Source: Antedon mediterranea (taxonomy: Eukaryota > Animalia > Echinodermata). From it: a stretch of 64,000 nt of DNA. The stretch lies in NCBI RefSeq assembly GCF_964355755.1, contig NC_092674.1:21018001-21082000 (forward strand), given 5' to 3'. Below are positions 1-44,400 of the stretch, one piece after another (position 1 is the first letter of the stretch; every line of letters begins with the position of its first letter). The position numbers and the translations under genes were made by a program. The notes beneath the pieces were generated by a model, which worked only from the letters and a program-made list of their open reading frames with translations, had not been told where the DNA came from and searched no databases.

Positions 1-45
1 TTATCGCTGTTGGTTTCGATTGAATAAAATAAAATTTAAAAAAAA
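1..45 (+). mobile_element. 3' tail of a retroposon, same tail as the 5S-derived SINE at 8151-8521
   Basis: TTATCGCTGTTGGTTTCGATTGAATAAAATA matches, with 2 mismatches, the reverse complement of 8182-8212 (TTATCGCTGTTAGTTTCGATGGAATAAAATA), followed by an A-rich run. Confidence 0.6.
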
Positions 46-94
46 TAAGATAAATGTACAGAAGTCTCAGAAATGTACAGAAGTCTCAGAAAGT

Positions 95-452
95 ACTTTA
101 AAACTTGTCTGTACATGAAAACAGTTCACAAAGTACAGAAAAGGCGATAAAACGCAAAGTGATACCGGACCGACCGACAGACCGACCGACCGACCGACAT
201 AGTTAAAACTTGTCTGTACATCAAAACAGTTCAAAAAGTACAGAAAAAGCGATAAAACGCAAATTTATACCGGACCGACCAACCGACCGACAGACAGACC
301 GACCGACATAGTTAAAACTTGTCTGTACATCAAAACAGTTAAAAAAGTACAGAAAAGCCATAAAACGTATAGTGATACCGGACCGACAGACAGACCGACA
401 GACCGACCGACCGACATAGTGAACTATTGAGTCGCGTCCACGCGACTAAAAA
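95..452 (-). mobile_element. DINE-1/HINE-like non-autonomous Helentron derivative, 5' end, with a threefold internal ~105-110 bp tandem repeat and (GACC/GACA)n
   Basis: Ends GAGTCGCGTCCACGCGACTAAAAA, the reverse complement of the 5' end of the 5481-6100 copy. The unit AAAACTTGTCTGTACAT..GATACCGGACCGAC.. occurs three times. Confidence 0.65.
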
Positions 453-707
453 CGAAATTTTGTTATGATTTCAAAATATTGATTTACAGAATTTTTAACA
501 CCATCAGGTAAAAAAACTTTATCCAAAATAAAATTTTCTCAACAGTAAGCAATTCAAAATAAACAAAATTAATAAACTAAGCATAGAATAAAATTTGACC
601 TAAACTGCACTCAAAAATACTTAATAAATCGAACAAAGCTATAAAAATGTCTGAGAAACTGTTAAGTTACTTTGATTAAACAAAACTTAGATAATTAATT
701 AGCAAAC

Positions 708-16410
<15,703 letters not shown>

Positions 16411-17185
16411 TTTCACTTACAATTCATGAGAGCTGTACTGCAGCCTATGTATTAGTCTTACGGAACACAGTTGTACTATATTATGACCTTATAATACTAA
16501 GCATGATTAAGTGATATGTTTTACTGTTTATTGAGGTCAGACCATTATAATTTACTACTGTGTATTAATTGTTAATTATTTGCCAACTTGTTGTGTATTA
16601 AGTTGCATTGCCGTTGAGAGTACAATTTCGTGTGATTTTTTTATTGGTATTATTTCCACTTTCAACGCATAAATTGATTATAAAACGTCTTTATTATTGT
16701 TTTAAATTTATATCGGGATACTATGTTATATTCGGAGTAGAAATTATCGTCATCGTATGTTTTTAATAGTACAAGTCCAACTGTAGGCCTATGCTGTTTT
16801 GTAGGCGTAGTCATTATTTGAAAATAAAACGTCTTTATTATTGTTTTAAATTTATATCGGGAATTATTTTGTTAATGTTGTATTTGGAGTATAAGAAATT
16901 ATCGTCTCAACGAAATTGTTTTTCAAAAGCCTTTGCTGTTTTGTAGGCGTGCTCATAATTTCCACTTTCAACGCATAAATATTTTGGTATATTCGGAGTA
17001 GAAATTATCGTCACAAAGATATTGTTTTAATAATAAAAGTACACCTGTAGGCCTATGTTTTTAAGAATCAATGGGACTCCCAAAACAGTTAGGAGAGTGA
17101 AGGTATTATAGCATGTATTATTATTATAGACTCTGCCACTATACATAGGTCATTTAACTTCCACTCAAGAGATGAGGCAGAATAT
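16411..17185 (-). promoter_or_regulatory. Duplicated 5' UTR/proximal promoter of ABCC4 copy A (paralogous to 33895-34510)
   Basis: Colinear similarity with the upstream region of copy B up to CATTTAACTTC.ACTCAAGAGAT..GCAGAATA, with internal repeats TTTCCACTTTCAACGCATAAAT. Promoter function is inferred from position only. Confidence 0.55.
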
Positions 17186-17842
17186 AAAACGACATAAAAT
17201 GTTCTAGCGGAAAATACATATAGGTCTATGCACTTGTCTAGAAATTAATTATTAGATATCTATTATTGTTCGTGAGAATCAATCAGATGAGATATTTGTT
17301 TTTACTTCTCTTTGAAACCAAAGTAACCATTGATTCAATTACATACATCGTTAATAAAGTACAAAACTATACAGACATAGAGAAAACATCACACAACAAT
17401 TAAAATAGTACAGACCGTTGTTATAACGATGCAATAAAAATGTTTGCCAACCATAGTTTAATTATAGATTGTGTAATTAAATTAAACTTACAAAATGTAA
17501 ACATCTAAAATATCTGTATGAACGAATGAGGTAAATTGTACATAATACTTTTCTTGTAGTAATCAAATTAGAAGTAAAAAAATTACTGTCTCTCATAATA
17601 ACCCCTAAACTAACATAAACAAAAACGTAAGCAACAGAAACGAGGTTCGTTACGTCCCGTTCCTTGTCAGTGTAAGACGTAATATTGGCTTATGAAACAT
17701 ACTTTAATGAGTAAATAGACGACAGCATGAAACGGTCCCATTTTGAAAACTGACTGATCATAATTAAAAATGATTTAATTAAAATAAAGTAGTACTGTGC
17801 TGTTACCTAATTTTGTTTACAGAACCACTTCTGCTTAGTAGG

Positions 17843-33894
<16,052 letters not shown>

Positions 33895-35440
33895 TTTCAC
33901 TTGCAATTCAAGAGAGCTGTAGGCTATGAATTTTTCTAACGCAACACAGTTGTACAATATTATGACCTAATAATACATGTACTATTATCAGGATTAAGTG
34001 ATATGGTCTACTGATCATTGAGGCCAGACCGTTATAATTTACTACTGTGGAATAATTGTTAATTGTAGCCTACTTGTTGTCTATTAAGTTGCATTGCCGT
34101 TGAGAGTACAATTTCGGGTGACTTTTTATTGGTATTATTTCCACTTTCAACGCATAAATTGATTATAAACGTCTTTTTTATTGTTTTAAATGTTAATGTT
34201 TGAGTATAAGAAATTATCGTACAAAATGTACGTGTGCTCATATGATTTCCACTTTCCACGCATTGATTATAAAACGTCTTTAGGCCTATATTGGTTTTAG
34301 ATTTATATTGGGATATTTTGTTATATTCGGAGTAGAAATTCAATCGTCAACAACGATAATGTTTTTAATAATAAAAATCCAACTGTAGGTCATGCTGTTT
34401 GAAGAATCAATGGGACACCCAAAACAGTTGGGAGAGTGAAAGTATGATAGTATTGACTCTCTGGCACTATCAGTATGTCATTTAACTTCGACTCAAGAGA
34501 TTGCAGAATAGAGGAAATATGGAGGAAATTTCCATCGCATGGTGTAAATTCAAGAATGTATTATAAATGGAGAGACACATATGGTCTTCTAACCTTTATC
34601 TTTTCGCGCAGCTGCTCCTAGCCAGCTATGTCGAGTCCCATGAGGACATATTCATTAATAAGCTGTTTCATAGCGGTATAGCTTTAGTATCTAAAGCCGA
34701 CAGTTTGGCGAATTTTGAAACTCGACTATAATTTATAGGTCCCAGCTGCGGGACCCAAAAAACGTCTGGGAGAGAGTCTATGAGGGCTCACACGTTAACG
34801 ATTTTGGATTCGAATTGGTTGACGCGAATCAACAGATTGTGGAAGAATTTTCACTTGTACCACACACGTTGTCTCTAGTTGCATGCCTACAACAGTTCAG
34901 GTTGAGGTCACACACAAACAGGCTACAGCACATTAAAGTTCAAAATTGACCATTTTTAAGTGCCATTTTTTAATTAGTAGATTAATATTTGTTGGCAAAT
35001 AATACATTGTTGGAAAGGTACACATGTCTTCTTTCAAATGCTGTGTATACAATTATTAACTAGTGAAAAAATGGGCATGTGATTCATAATTAAAGAACTA
35101 TTTGTATGTATCTTTGCGATTAAAAGACATCTTTTTAATAATTAATCATAAATTAATCAAAAGAACAATGATTAATTTTTAAATGTCGAGCGGCATTTTT
35201 TGTAAGAAATATTTTTTGTTTATTATTTTTATTTATCATTGACAGTTGTCTGAAATAAAAGTTGAATTGAATTGAATACAGGTAATACAATGTACTATCC
35301 TATGGACTATTAAATACATGAACGGCGCCCCCGTGAATTTGGTGGAGCTCGTGACTGGTCATGCGTAAAATTTATTACAAAGTTGTGTTTTTTGAGTTGA
35401 TGATTGCGCAGGCAGTCAAAAAAAGAGATACTAAAGCGAA
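33895..35440. promoter_or_regulatory. Divergent (head-to-head) promoter interval between ABCC4 copy B and GRTP1
   Basis: Start codons face away from each other about 1.55 kb apart; locally CpG-richer near 34600-34870 and 35320-35440. No individual sites claimed. Confidence 0.5.
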
Positions 35441-38400
35441 ATGGCAGAAAAGTCGGAAGAACCGAAAGTGGAATCAGATTTATCGTTTAGAGAGTAAGTA
35501 CACTTCATTTAATTACACTATGTTAGTATGAGATTTTAATAATGAACTGTGTATTTTTGTATAAATTGAAATGTTTTCATAATCTTCGTAAACTAAAGAC
35601 TACCTACCTAGGCCTAGGCTAGTCTAAAGCTAGCCTAGCTAGAGCCTAGCTAGGAGGCCTTAGTTAGTACAGTAGCTAGCTATAGCCCCGGCTATGTATG
35701 TAGGCCTAGTAGGGCTAGGCAGGCTACACGATTACGGGGCCGCCTAGTTGCTTGGTCCGAGTGGGCCTAGGCCTAAAATGTAGGTAATGTAGGCCTATTG
35801 CCTATACTAGCTAGGCACAATTGGCACACTGTGTATACATGATCGTTCGACCAATGTAAACAACAATTTAAAAGTGCAGCAAACTTGGTAAATGGTATTT
35901 TAGTTTAGGGCTAGCCAGGCTATTGCTGCTTGCTTACCATACCATCCTTTTATACTTATATTAAAATTAATAATGAGTTATTTTGATACTGTAACTTGTT
36001 AAGATAGGAGCTGCCTCCTCATTTATTTTGTATTATGTGCTAATTAATGTACCAAGAATTAATGAAGAGTAGTTACAGTATGTCAAGTACCAGATTTTGA
36101 ATAAACCTCAACAAGCTCTCACTCCCCGCACCAAGACTCTCAAATCTAATTTTTTGGGAGTTTCAAGTCAGGAACATTTCGCCTGTGATCATTTCGACCC
36201 AGCCATCTAGGGCATTTCTTCCTATCTATACTTATATAATGGGAATCTAAAGCCAACAGCAAGCTTAAACGGCGCTAGTTCCGTTTCGCACCTGTTTTTA
36301 TTTCGACTTCCTTTTGACTCCAAATTGTTAAGCAACTTATTGTGAATACCACACCTTAAAATTGGGCCTCATAAGTACTTTTATGAAGAACAATCACATA
36401 AAAGGTAACAAATATTAAATCCTTAAATTGATGATTTTACAGACATGTTTCTCGCATAGCGTTCGCGAATTTAGCATACTCGAAGTTCAATATTTTCGTT
36501 TCTATGGAGCGCCAAAAGAGCAACAACAATAGATGGTTAAAAACTCAGTGGAATGCGTCTTCTTTTAATGCATTTATTATTGAAATACACGTTTAATTTT
36601 AATATATTTTGTCAATAAAAATGCTGTAACATTTTACTGCTAATAATTTGCTGTTTTTAAATAGCAACCAACCCTAGGCCTAACTAAGAGTAAGACTATA
36701 GACTAAGAGGAATATTATCAGGTATACCCCTACAGTACATGTAATATGATGATGAATTTGTCGATTTTCATTCCTAAAAGTTCCTGCAAAAACCATGTAC
36801 AGTATCCAGGGAAAAATTTCATTTAACATTTTCTTTAGCAATATTGCTAATCAAACTGATTTTTTAGTCGAGAAACATAGTTTTGTATTGTATTTTTTGC
36901 TACACGATATCAGAAATGTGTAGCAATAAGGATGTTTTGTATAGCTTTTTGCTATGCTACACTGGCGAAATTATGGGTATTGCTAAACACCGCAAACTCC
37001 CGCAAACCCCCGCAAACCTCCAAAAAAACATAGCAAACCCCATCGAACCAACACTACATGATTCAATCACTTTTATGTTGGTTCGATGGGGTTTGCTATA
37101 TTTTTTTGGAGGTTTGCAGGGTTTAGCAATCATTTTTGACCAAAAAATGATGTTTTACCCCAAAAATAATTAGTTAACAGTAAAAATGTATTATTTTTTT
37201 TACATGGATATACCCAGTGGGTTGTACACTACATGATTCAATCACTTTTATGTTGGTTCAATGGGGTTTGCTATGTTTTTTTGGAGGTTTGCGGGGGTTT
37301 GCGGTGTTTAGCAATACCCGAAATTATTCCTTGGTATCAACAGTAATATTTTTGTTGCATTGACATTGACAAAATATGATAAAATTGAACGTAATTTTCA
37401 CCAATAAATGCATTAAATATACACAATTTACTGAGTTTTTAGCCCTCTATTATGATTGCTCTTTTGGCGCTCCATAGAAACAACAACATTGAACATGGAG
37501 TATGCGAAATTCACAAACCGATGACGTGTGAGAAACACGTCTGTAAATTCATCAATTTAAAGGATTTATTTTTTACTTTTTGTGTGATCTCCTTCGTAAA
37601 AGTATTTTTGAGGCCAAATTCTAAGGTGTGGTACTCACGATAAAGTTACTTAACCAATTTTGAGTCGAAATAAACGACAGGTGCGAAACGGAAATAGCGC
37701 CGCTTAAACATGATATGTGTAAGTATTACAGTACATCTTTTCCTACATATTATAAGTTGGTGACCTGTTGTAATAAACATAGTATTATGTATCAGAATCA
37801 AGGTGAAAAACTTGGTTGGATTCACTTTCTCAAAACCATATTCAACACTATCTAACTAAAGAATGTCTTTAACCTCTAGAAATTGATTTTAATGTTTAAT
37901 TGTAATGATATCACTCAAATATAATCTTTTTTACAATGAGCATGCCTTCGCACGGGGACAAACGTGCCTTACTGTACTTAGGTAGACCTAGGCTGATCCT
38001 CGTCTGACAGAACCATTTCAACTGTACTGTAGATAACTGATGAGTAGAGATCTATAATACATTCAATATGGGACGTTGCAATATGCTTAATTGACAAATT
38101 AAACATTAGAATGTAACAAATGAATTGCGTTTGGCATGTCATGTTAAACTACTGTGATAATAAAGGATTATTTAAATTAAACAAAAGGTTACATTGAGTA
38201 TGTTTGTCAGGTACTCTATGTTAATACTATGGTTGTAAGTACTGTAGTTGAAGTGGGTATACTCAAGTACTGACAGTATCTTCAAGTACTAACTATTTAT
38301 TAAATATAGTCATGGTATTTTACAGTACTGTATGTGGCAGATTTCAAAGCACATAATTTTAGATCTAGTCTAGATCTCCTAATTAGCCTACATATTAACT

Positions 38401-41400
38401 AAAAACAATAAAAATACAGTCCAAATTGTACTGAAATTGTAAAATTAAAATCTAGTATTACTCCATAGGAATTAGTAAAAAATACTACCGTAATCATTGT
38501 GCTGAAAACATGGTATGGTATCAGTAACGCTGTATAAAGGCAAATTTAAATGAGCGCTAATCTTGCACATCAATCAAGTCGAATAAAAAATTATGGCATA
38601 ATATTTTGAAAAAAATAAAATCTGTTTCTTTCCTCTTAAACCCCTGTCTGTTTCGCTTTCTGTGAAAATGGCCATAAGAAATAAAATACTGTAGATTTTA
38701 TACTTTTTGTTTTCTGCTTACTGTTAGCACACTGTTACCGCTCGTCTGTGTAAATTGGCCTTAAGGCCCAATTCTACAGAAAATTGAACCTACAGTATTC
38801 ACTGAGAACTGTACCTCCTAAAAGAAATATTTGAAACTTAGTGCCATCACATAGCATCAAACATTTGTTAGAGGATGTTTAAATACTCAAATCAATCAGG
38901 AACTGTTACCAATACAGTATCATTTTACACAGTAGATTATGCAAACAATAAATAAAATGAAATTAGAAACATGAATAAATTTAGCTTTTGTAAAGTGAAG
39001 GTAACTCAGACTATTCGAATGGTTATTTGGACTTTTTCTGTGTTAATTTAAAGTTTAATTAACGTTTCAATGGTGAATTAGTACAAAATACATGTAGTAC
39101 CTTTTAAATTGAAAATTATCCTATAAGATGTGGACATACGTAATCCTCAACCAATTGACAAATCGTGGTCTCTGGTAAGTTTCTATTTTTAGTGTGGGCA
39201 TCTATAAAATCATTGTGATTATTTGATTTAAATTCTGTATAGATCTATTTTCAGATTCTGTTTTTGTTTATTTTAGTTTTTTTTTGTATTTAAATAATAA
39301 TATTTAAAAAATAATACATACTGTAGCTACCATTGCATGAACAGACAAAATTACTAAAAGGCAACCAGTTGTTCCAAGCCATCCACTAACACATTAGTTT
39401 TAAAGCTCAGGTACAGGCATGAATTTTAAATATAATCTGGTTAATTGTACATAAATCAAATATTTGTAACAGAAATCAAGATGAAAAAACATGAATTAAC
39501 CTTAATATGGTCAAATACAAAATTTGGCAAAATTCTGCCATAAAAACCAGAAAGACTTTTTTTCAGTAGTTAAGTAGTTTAACCTATTGTAATAACATGT
39601 CTGGTGACTCCCTAGAAGGTGAAAAAAGATGGTGGATATACGGTGGATAATTTTTGCTATACCATGAAAATAAAAATCTGAAGTTGAATAAAAGTACCAG
39701 AAATGTAAAATTAAAGTTATATTACCTATATTTAGTCATCTGAAAACATTTTTTACCACACCATTTATTTTTCATAGCATTTTAAAATGCCTCTCTATTT
39801 ACAAAATGTGTGTACAAAAGAATAGAGATTTTACTGCGTAATTTGAACTATCCCCCCACTGATAAGAAAGTGCTTATTTTCAACAAGCTCGTGTAACACA
39901 AAAAAATCCAACAAATTATGAAACATACAGTACAGGGAAACTATTGATCGATAATTATTGGAGTGTATGATCAATAGAAATGGGCTTACTGTAAATAGGC
40001 CTACTGTAAACATTTATTCAAGCTAAAAGCCTACAACTTTACTGTACGGTATTACAATAGAATTTATAAGATAATTTAAAACAATTGAGGTACTGTTTTA
40101 CACTTTTTTTTGTCTATTACTAATACTAGCCTACATGGTTTAGGCTATATCTTATGTTCTGCATACCAATTTATCACCATACTGTATGCAGTTTCTCTTT
40201 ATCCTTATAATTCTATCATCCTATAATATTTGGTCCTAATTTGGTCACGGTCATTGAATTTTATTAGATTTCCCATTCTAGATACTAGGGGAAAATGTTC
40301 AGGAGAAAAACATCAGAAGTGTGTTCCCATCATTTTAATATTTATCACATTTTACACTATAGTAGCATAACAAAAGTAGAAGTATTAGAAAGAAGAAGAA
40401 AATCATTCTTTTTTTTTCAATTGTATTATTTTAGTGAAATTGATCCTTATGGATTCAGAAGATCTGCAGATTTTGATTATGATTCATATGAAGCCTTTAT
40501 GTCTGACTATTTAGCAACTTTAACAAGAAGAGCCATCAAATGGAAAAAAGTACTCAAAACAACAAAAGCAATATCAAAATCAAGAAAAGGTAAAAGAATC
40601 AAAGTTCTTTACATTTTTGTTACTGATATGATTGAATAATTATGATCATGATGTACACATTATACGCATACAGTATTCCAAATGATGCTTTCACATTACA
40701 GTATTACCCTGGTTATTTTTATCAAACACGTGTATAAAAATATTCTTCCATAATGTCGCCAGTAATCAGCACAGTCGGTGTTGACCTAACCAGGTTCCCA
40801 TATTTGTCACCCTTGGTCGAGGGAGGAAAATGTAAGTTACTGTAAAGTCTTGCCTAATATATGGACACAAGCAATGCAACGAGCATGCATATGACTCAAA
40901 CTCACGATCAGAAGTCCAACTTCTAACACTCTCAAGAAGCTCTTAAATCTTAATACCATATTTAAAAAAAAGGAAGTACCTTGCCGTAATTACACGCTTC
41001 CCTCAATCATTCGCCAGTGGCAAACATTGCTCACTCAATTAAGAAATGACAATCTCTCTTTACTCGGAAAATTTAAAAAAAAATTGAATAATGAAAAGTA
41101 CTAAAAATTGTACTGAAGTCTGCGAGTGCAATATTCACATGGAAAATCAATGATTGTTTTTCTAAATTTAGATTATTGATACAACTTTAAATACTAATGC
41201 AAATTTGATTACATAATTTATTTTATTCAGTCATCTCTGTGAACTCAATTAAACTTGCCATCTGGAATTGTACTTTAAATATAATATTGATATTTTAATA
41301 ATAGTCATACTGTAGTGTATGTTTATTTTGTGTGCGTGACACTTATGCATTTCATTTTATTAACACTTTCACCGCCAGGCATTCAATAAAGGAAGTACCC

Positions 41401-44400
41401 CTCACCGCCAGCCATTTTAGATAAATTTACCTGTTTTTCAAAGCTCATAGCAAGGGTGTTTGTAATCAGAATAACATGCAATATACACTCAAATAATGAG
41501 ATAGAAATAAACTTTCCAATGGTACCAAACACTTTATTGAAATAAAACTGTAATACCACATAATTGTACAAAGAACTTGGCTCACTTTTAGCACTTTAGG
41601 CTCAATCGGAGAACAAAGCAGAGATAGGTTTCACGTTTCTCAACCTATTCTACAAACTAGCCTAGGCCAGGCTAGCTAAATTATCTCTTATTATTTATTA
41701 CATTTTATAAACCAGATTTAGGTACAAATATGCAGTACCTTCATCATCTGGGGATAATAAATACTCATTTTCAGAGTCAGAGTCGGCAAATATTTCTGCA
41801 ATTGATTCGTCCGCGCGCAGTAAGCACATTATGTTGTTTACGGATAGGACGCGATGTAGGCCAGCTGGGCCAATGGCACTAGGAGTTAATAAAGTATCAA
41901 AATATTTGCGGTCCAGATCGACTTGGATGTTGAAATTTCTACATGCGGTCCATATATACCTGATCTAACAAATTGTGCAATAAAAAGCCAAAGACGAAAA
42001 TTTCCGTCTTTGGCGGTCTGGCGCTGGGCATCGAAAGACGGAGATTTCCGTCTTTGGCGGTGAAAGTGTTAAAAGACATGTGGTGCGTTTCATCGTACGA
42101 AACCAAACAATTTTCTAACTGTTTTTTTTGTTTTGAATCTATCATATATATTATATGCAAAATATAAATAAAAAATAATAATATTGATATACTGCACGAA
42201 AAAGTCATATCCACCCTTTTGGAAACAGTTGATGTTTGTTTGTCTTTGTGGAATAATAGTTCTGGCAAAAGAAAGAGAAAGCTATTCATAAACTTGTAAA
42301 AAAAAAACTGCATTCCATTTCAGTACCAGCAATTTAAGATGCACATACCGGCTTATAAAATAGTTCTCCGTTATGTAAGTAGACAAATTAAAAACAAAAA
42401 TCAAAAATATTGGCAAAAGCATTACAATAAAAATTCAGAAATTAAGACATCTACTGTAAGCATTCTCGCATTGTTAAAGTATTATTGCTGTGCGAAGTAA
42501 TATTCTATAAGTTAATTCCACGTTTATTATTACATTGAATGGTAAAATATTTGTTCGTGCCATGCCTTTAGCATTGCAAACCTCAAAGCACGTCTGGGAA
42601 AAGAGTGTTGAGATGTATGCAGAGAATAGTCTGTAAGACTTGTGTAATTAGTACAATGTTTTCATTTTGCCTGTTTCTTAAATTATTAAATAGAATATCA
42701 ATTTTAAAAAAAGCATCAGCATTTTAATTAACTCTTACAGTACATCAAAAAGTTGAGCCACGTTTTTAAAAAGAAATATTTCTTGTTTTATTCTTCAGTG
42801 AAACGATATGTTAGAAAGGGCATTCCAAGTGAACACAGAGCTGATGTATGGATGACGGTTAGTGGAGCAAGTGGACGAATGGCCAATAATTCTGGCCTTT
42901 ATCAACGATTACTAAATGGACCCCAAAACGAAACTCTCTGTGAAACCATTAAAATAGGTACAGTATGACCAAAAGAAAAATATTTAGATTAGTGATAAAG
43001 TATTTTAAACAATTGTGAAATTATGTACAAATGACAATAATGTTTGTATTGTACTGTACATTTGAATACTGTTTTTATAACAAAGAAAAAAACTCTGAAT
43101 ATGATACTAAAATGCTGATTCCAGTATACATTTTTGAATACATAATATCATTGACTTCATACACTCAACGGGCTGCATTGTAGAATACATTAGTGGTGCA
43201 TAACCTAGTCTTTAAACTGTGTACCTGATGTGATTCAGATATTCGATGGGGTGTATGGTAGCTCACTTTTTGAGCTGTGATTGTGTTAAAGTCGACTTTC
43301 TAGTTGTAATATAATAACTCTATGATTATAATACATTTTTTTTAAAGACCTTCACCGAACATTCCCTGAAAATATTTTCTACTGTAATGATGCTACAAAC
43401 AGTAAACGTCCGTCCTTAGAAAACGTTCTGACCGCGTATGGACATCACAACACGAAAGTAGGTTATTGTCAAGGAATGAACTTCATCACAGCTCTCATGT
43501 TAGTCATTGTCAAAGATGAGGAGAAATGTTTCTTTCTACTTGATGCCCTCCTTGATGAACTGTTGGAGCCAGGTTCGTATTTATAAATTACACAGTTGAG
43601 CCATTTGTATTAAGCGGACACTTTTGGCATCAGAGACATTTTTCTTACAAGAGGTGTCTGCAAATGAAACTTATTTGAAGAATATTCTGTACACTGAAAA
43701 GTTTATATAGGCTGAGTTTACACAATTGTAAGCATGTTTCTAAGCCAAAAGAATCAGGACACCCTGATTGTTGATTGTAACGAGATAAACAATGACAGTT
43801 TTTGTAGAAAGTCACACAGTTTGCATATAATTCTCATAAAATTCTTTGTTTAACTGAAAATCACTACACAGTCACACAGTCCGAAATTTGTCATGTCAAT
43901 TCTGACCTATTCTAAAGCCAGACGGTCAGAGAGCCATTAAAAACTTGAAATGAATGAATATTACTGACAGAGTTTTCTGTTCTCTGGAACTAAAGAAAAG
44001 AAGTATGTGGTACAATATATAATTTCCTTTAAAAAGGAAGTACAGTAAGTAGGATTAAGAATTTTTCTCATGTACTGCAACCATCTTTGCCATTTTAATC
44101 CAGAAGATGTAACATCATGTAAAAAGATATTCTCAACTTTGGTACATTTGATAGAGGTTTATAGAATAAAATTCCATGAGCAAATTCTAAAGGTGAATAT
44201 TTCTTATGAAAAAACAGGTTATTACTCTGAGGATCTTATTGGTACTAAGGTAGAGCAAGGTGTTCTAATGGAGTTACTGAAACTGAAGATGCCAGAGATA
44301 GCTGCTCACATTCTGAAGCATGACTTAGAGTTGTCACTTCCTACAACTAAATGGTTTATATGTCTCTTTCTTGATGTATTGCCTATTGAGGTAAGTTATT

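Noticed and set aside
38037-38060. Hammerhead ribozyme core (CTGATGA), also the minus-strand motif near 24116
   Set aside because: No correctly placed GAAA or stem II/III pairing found.
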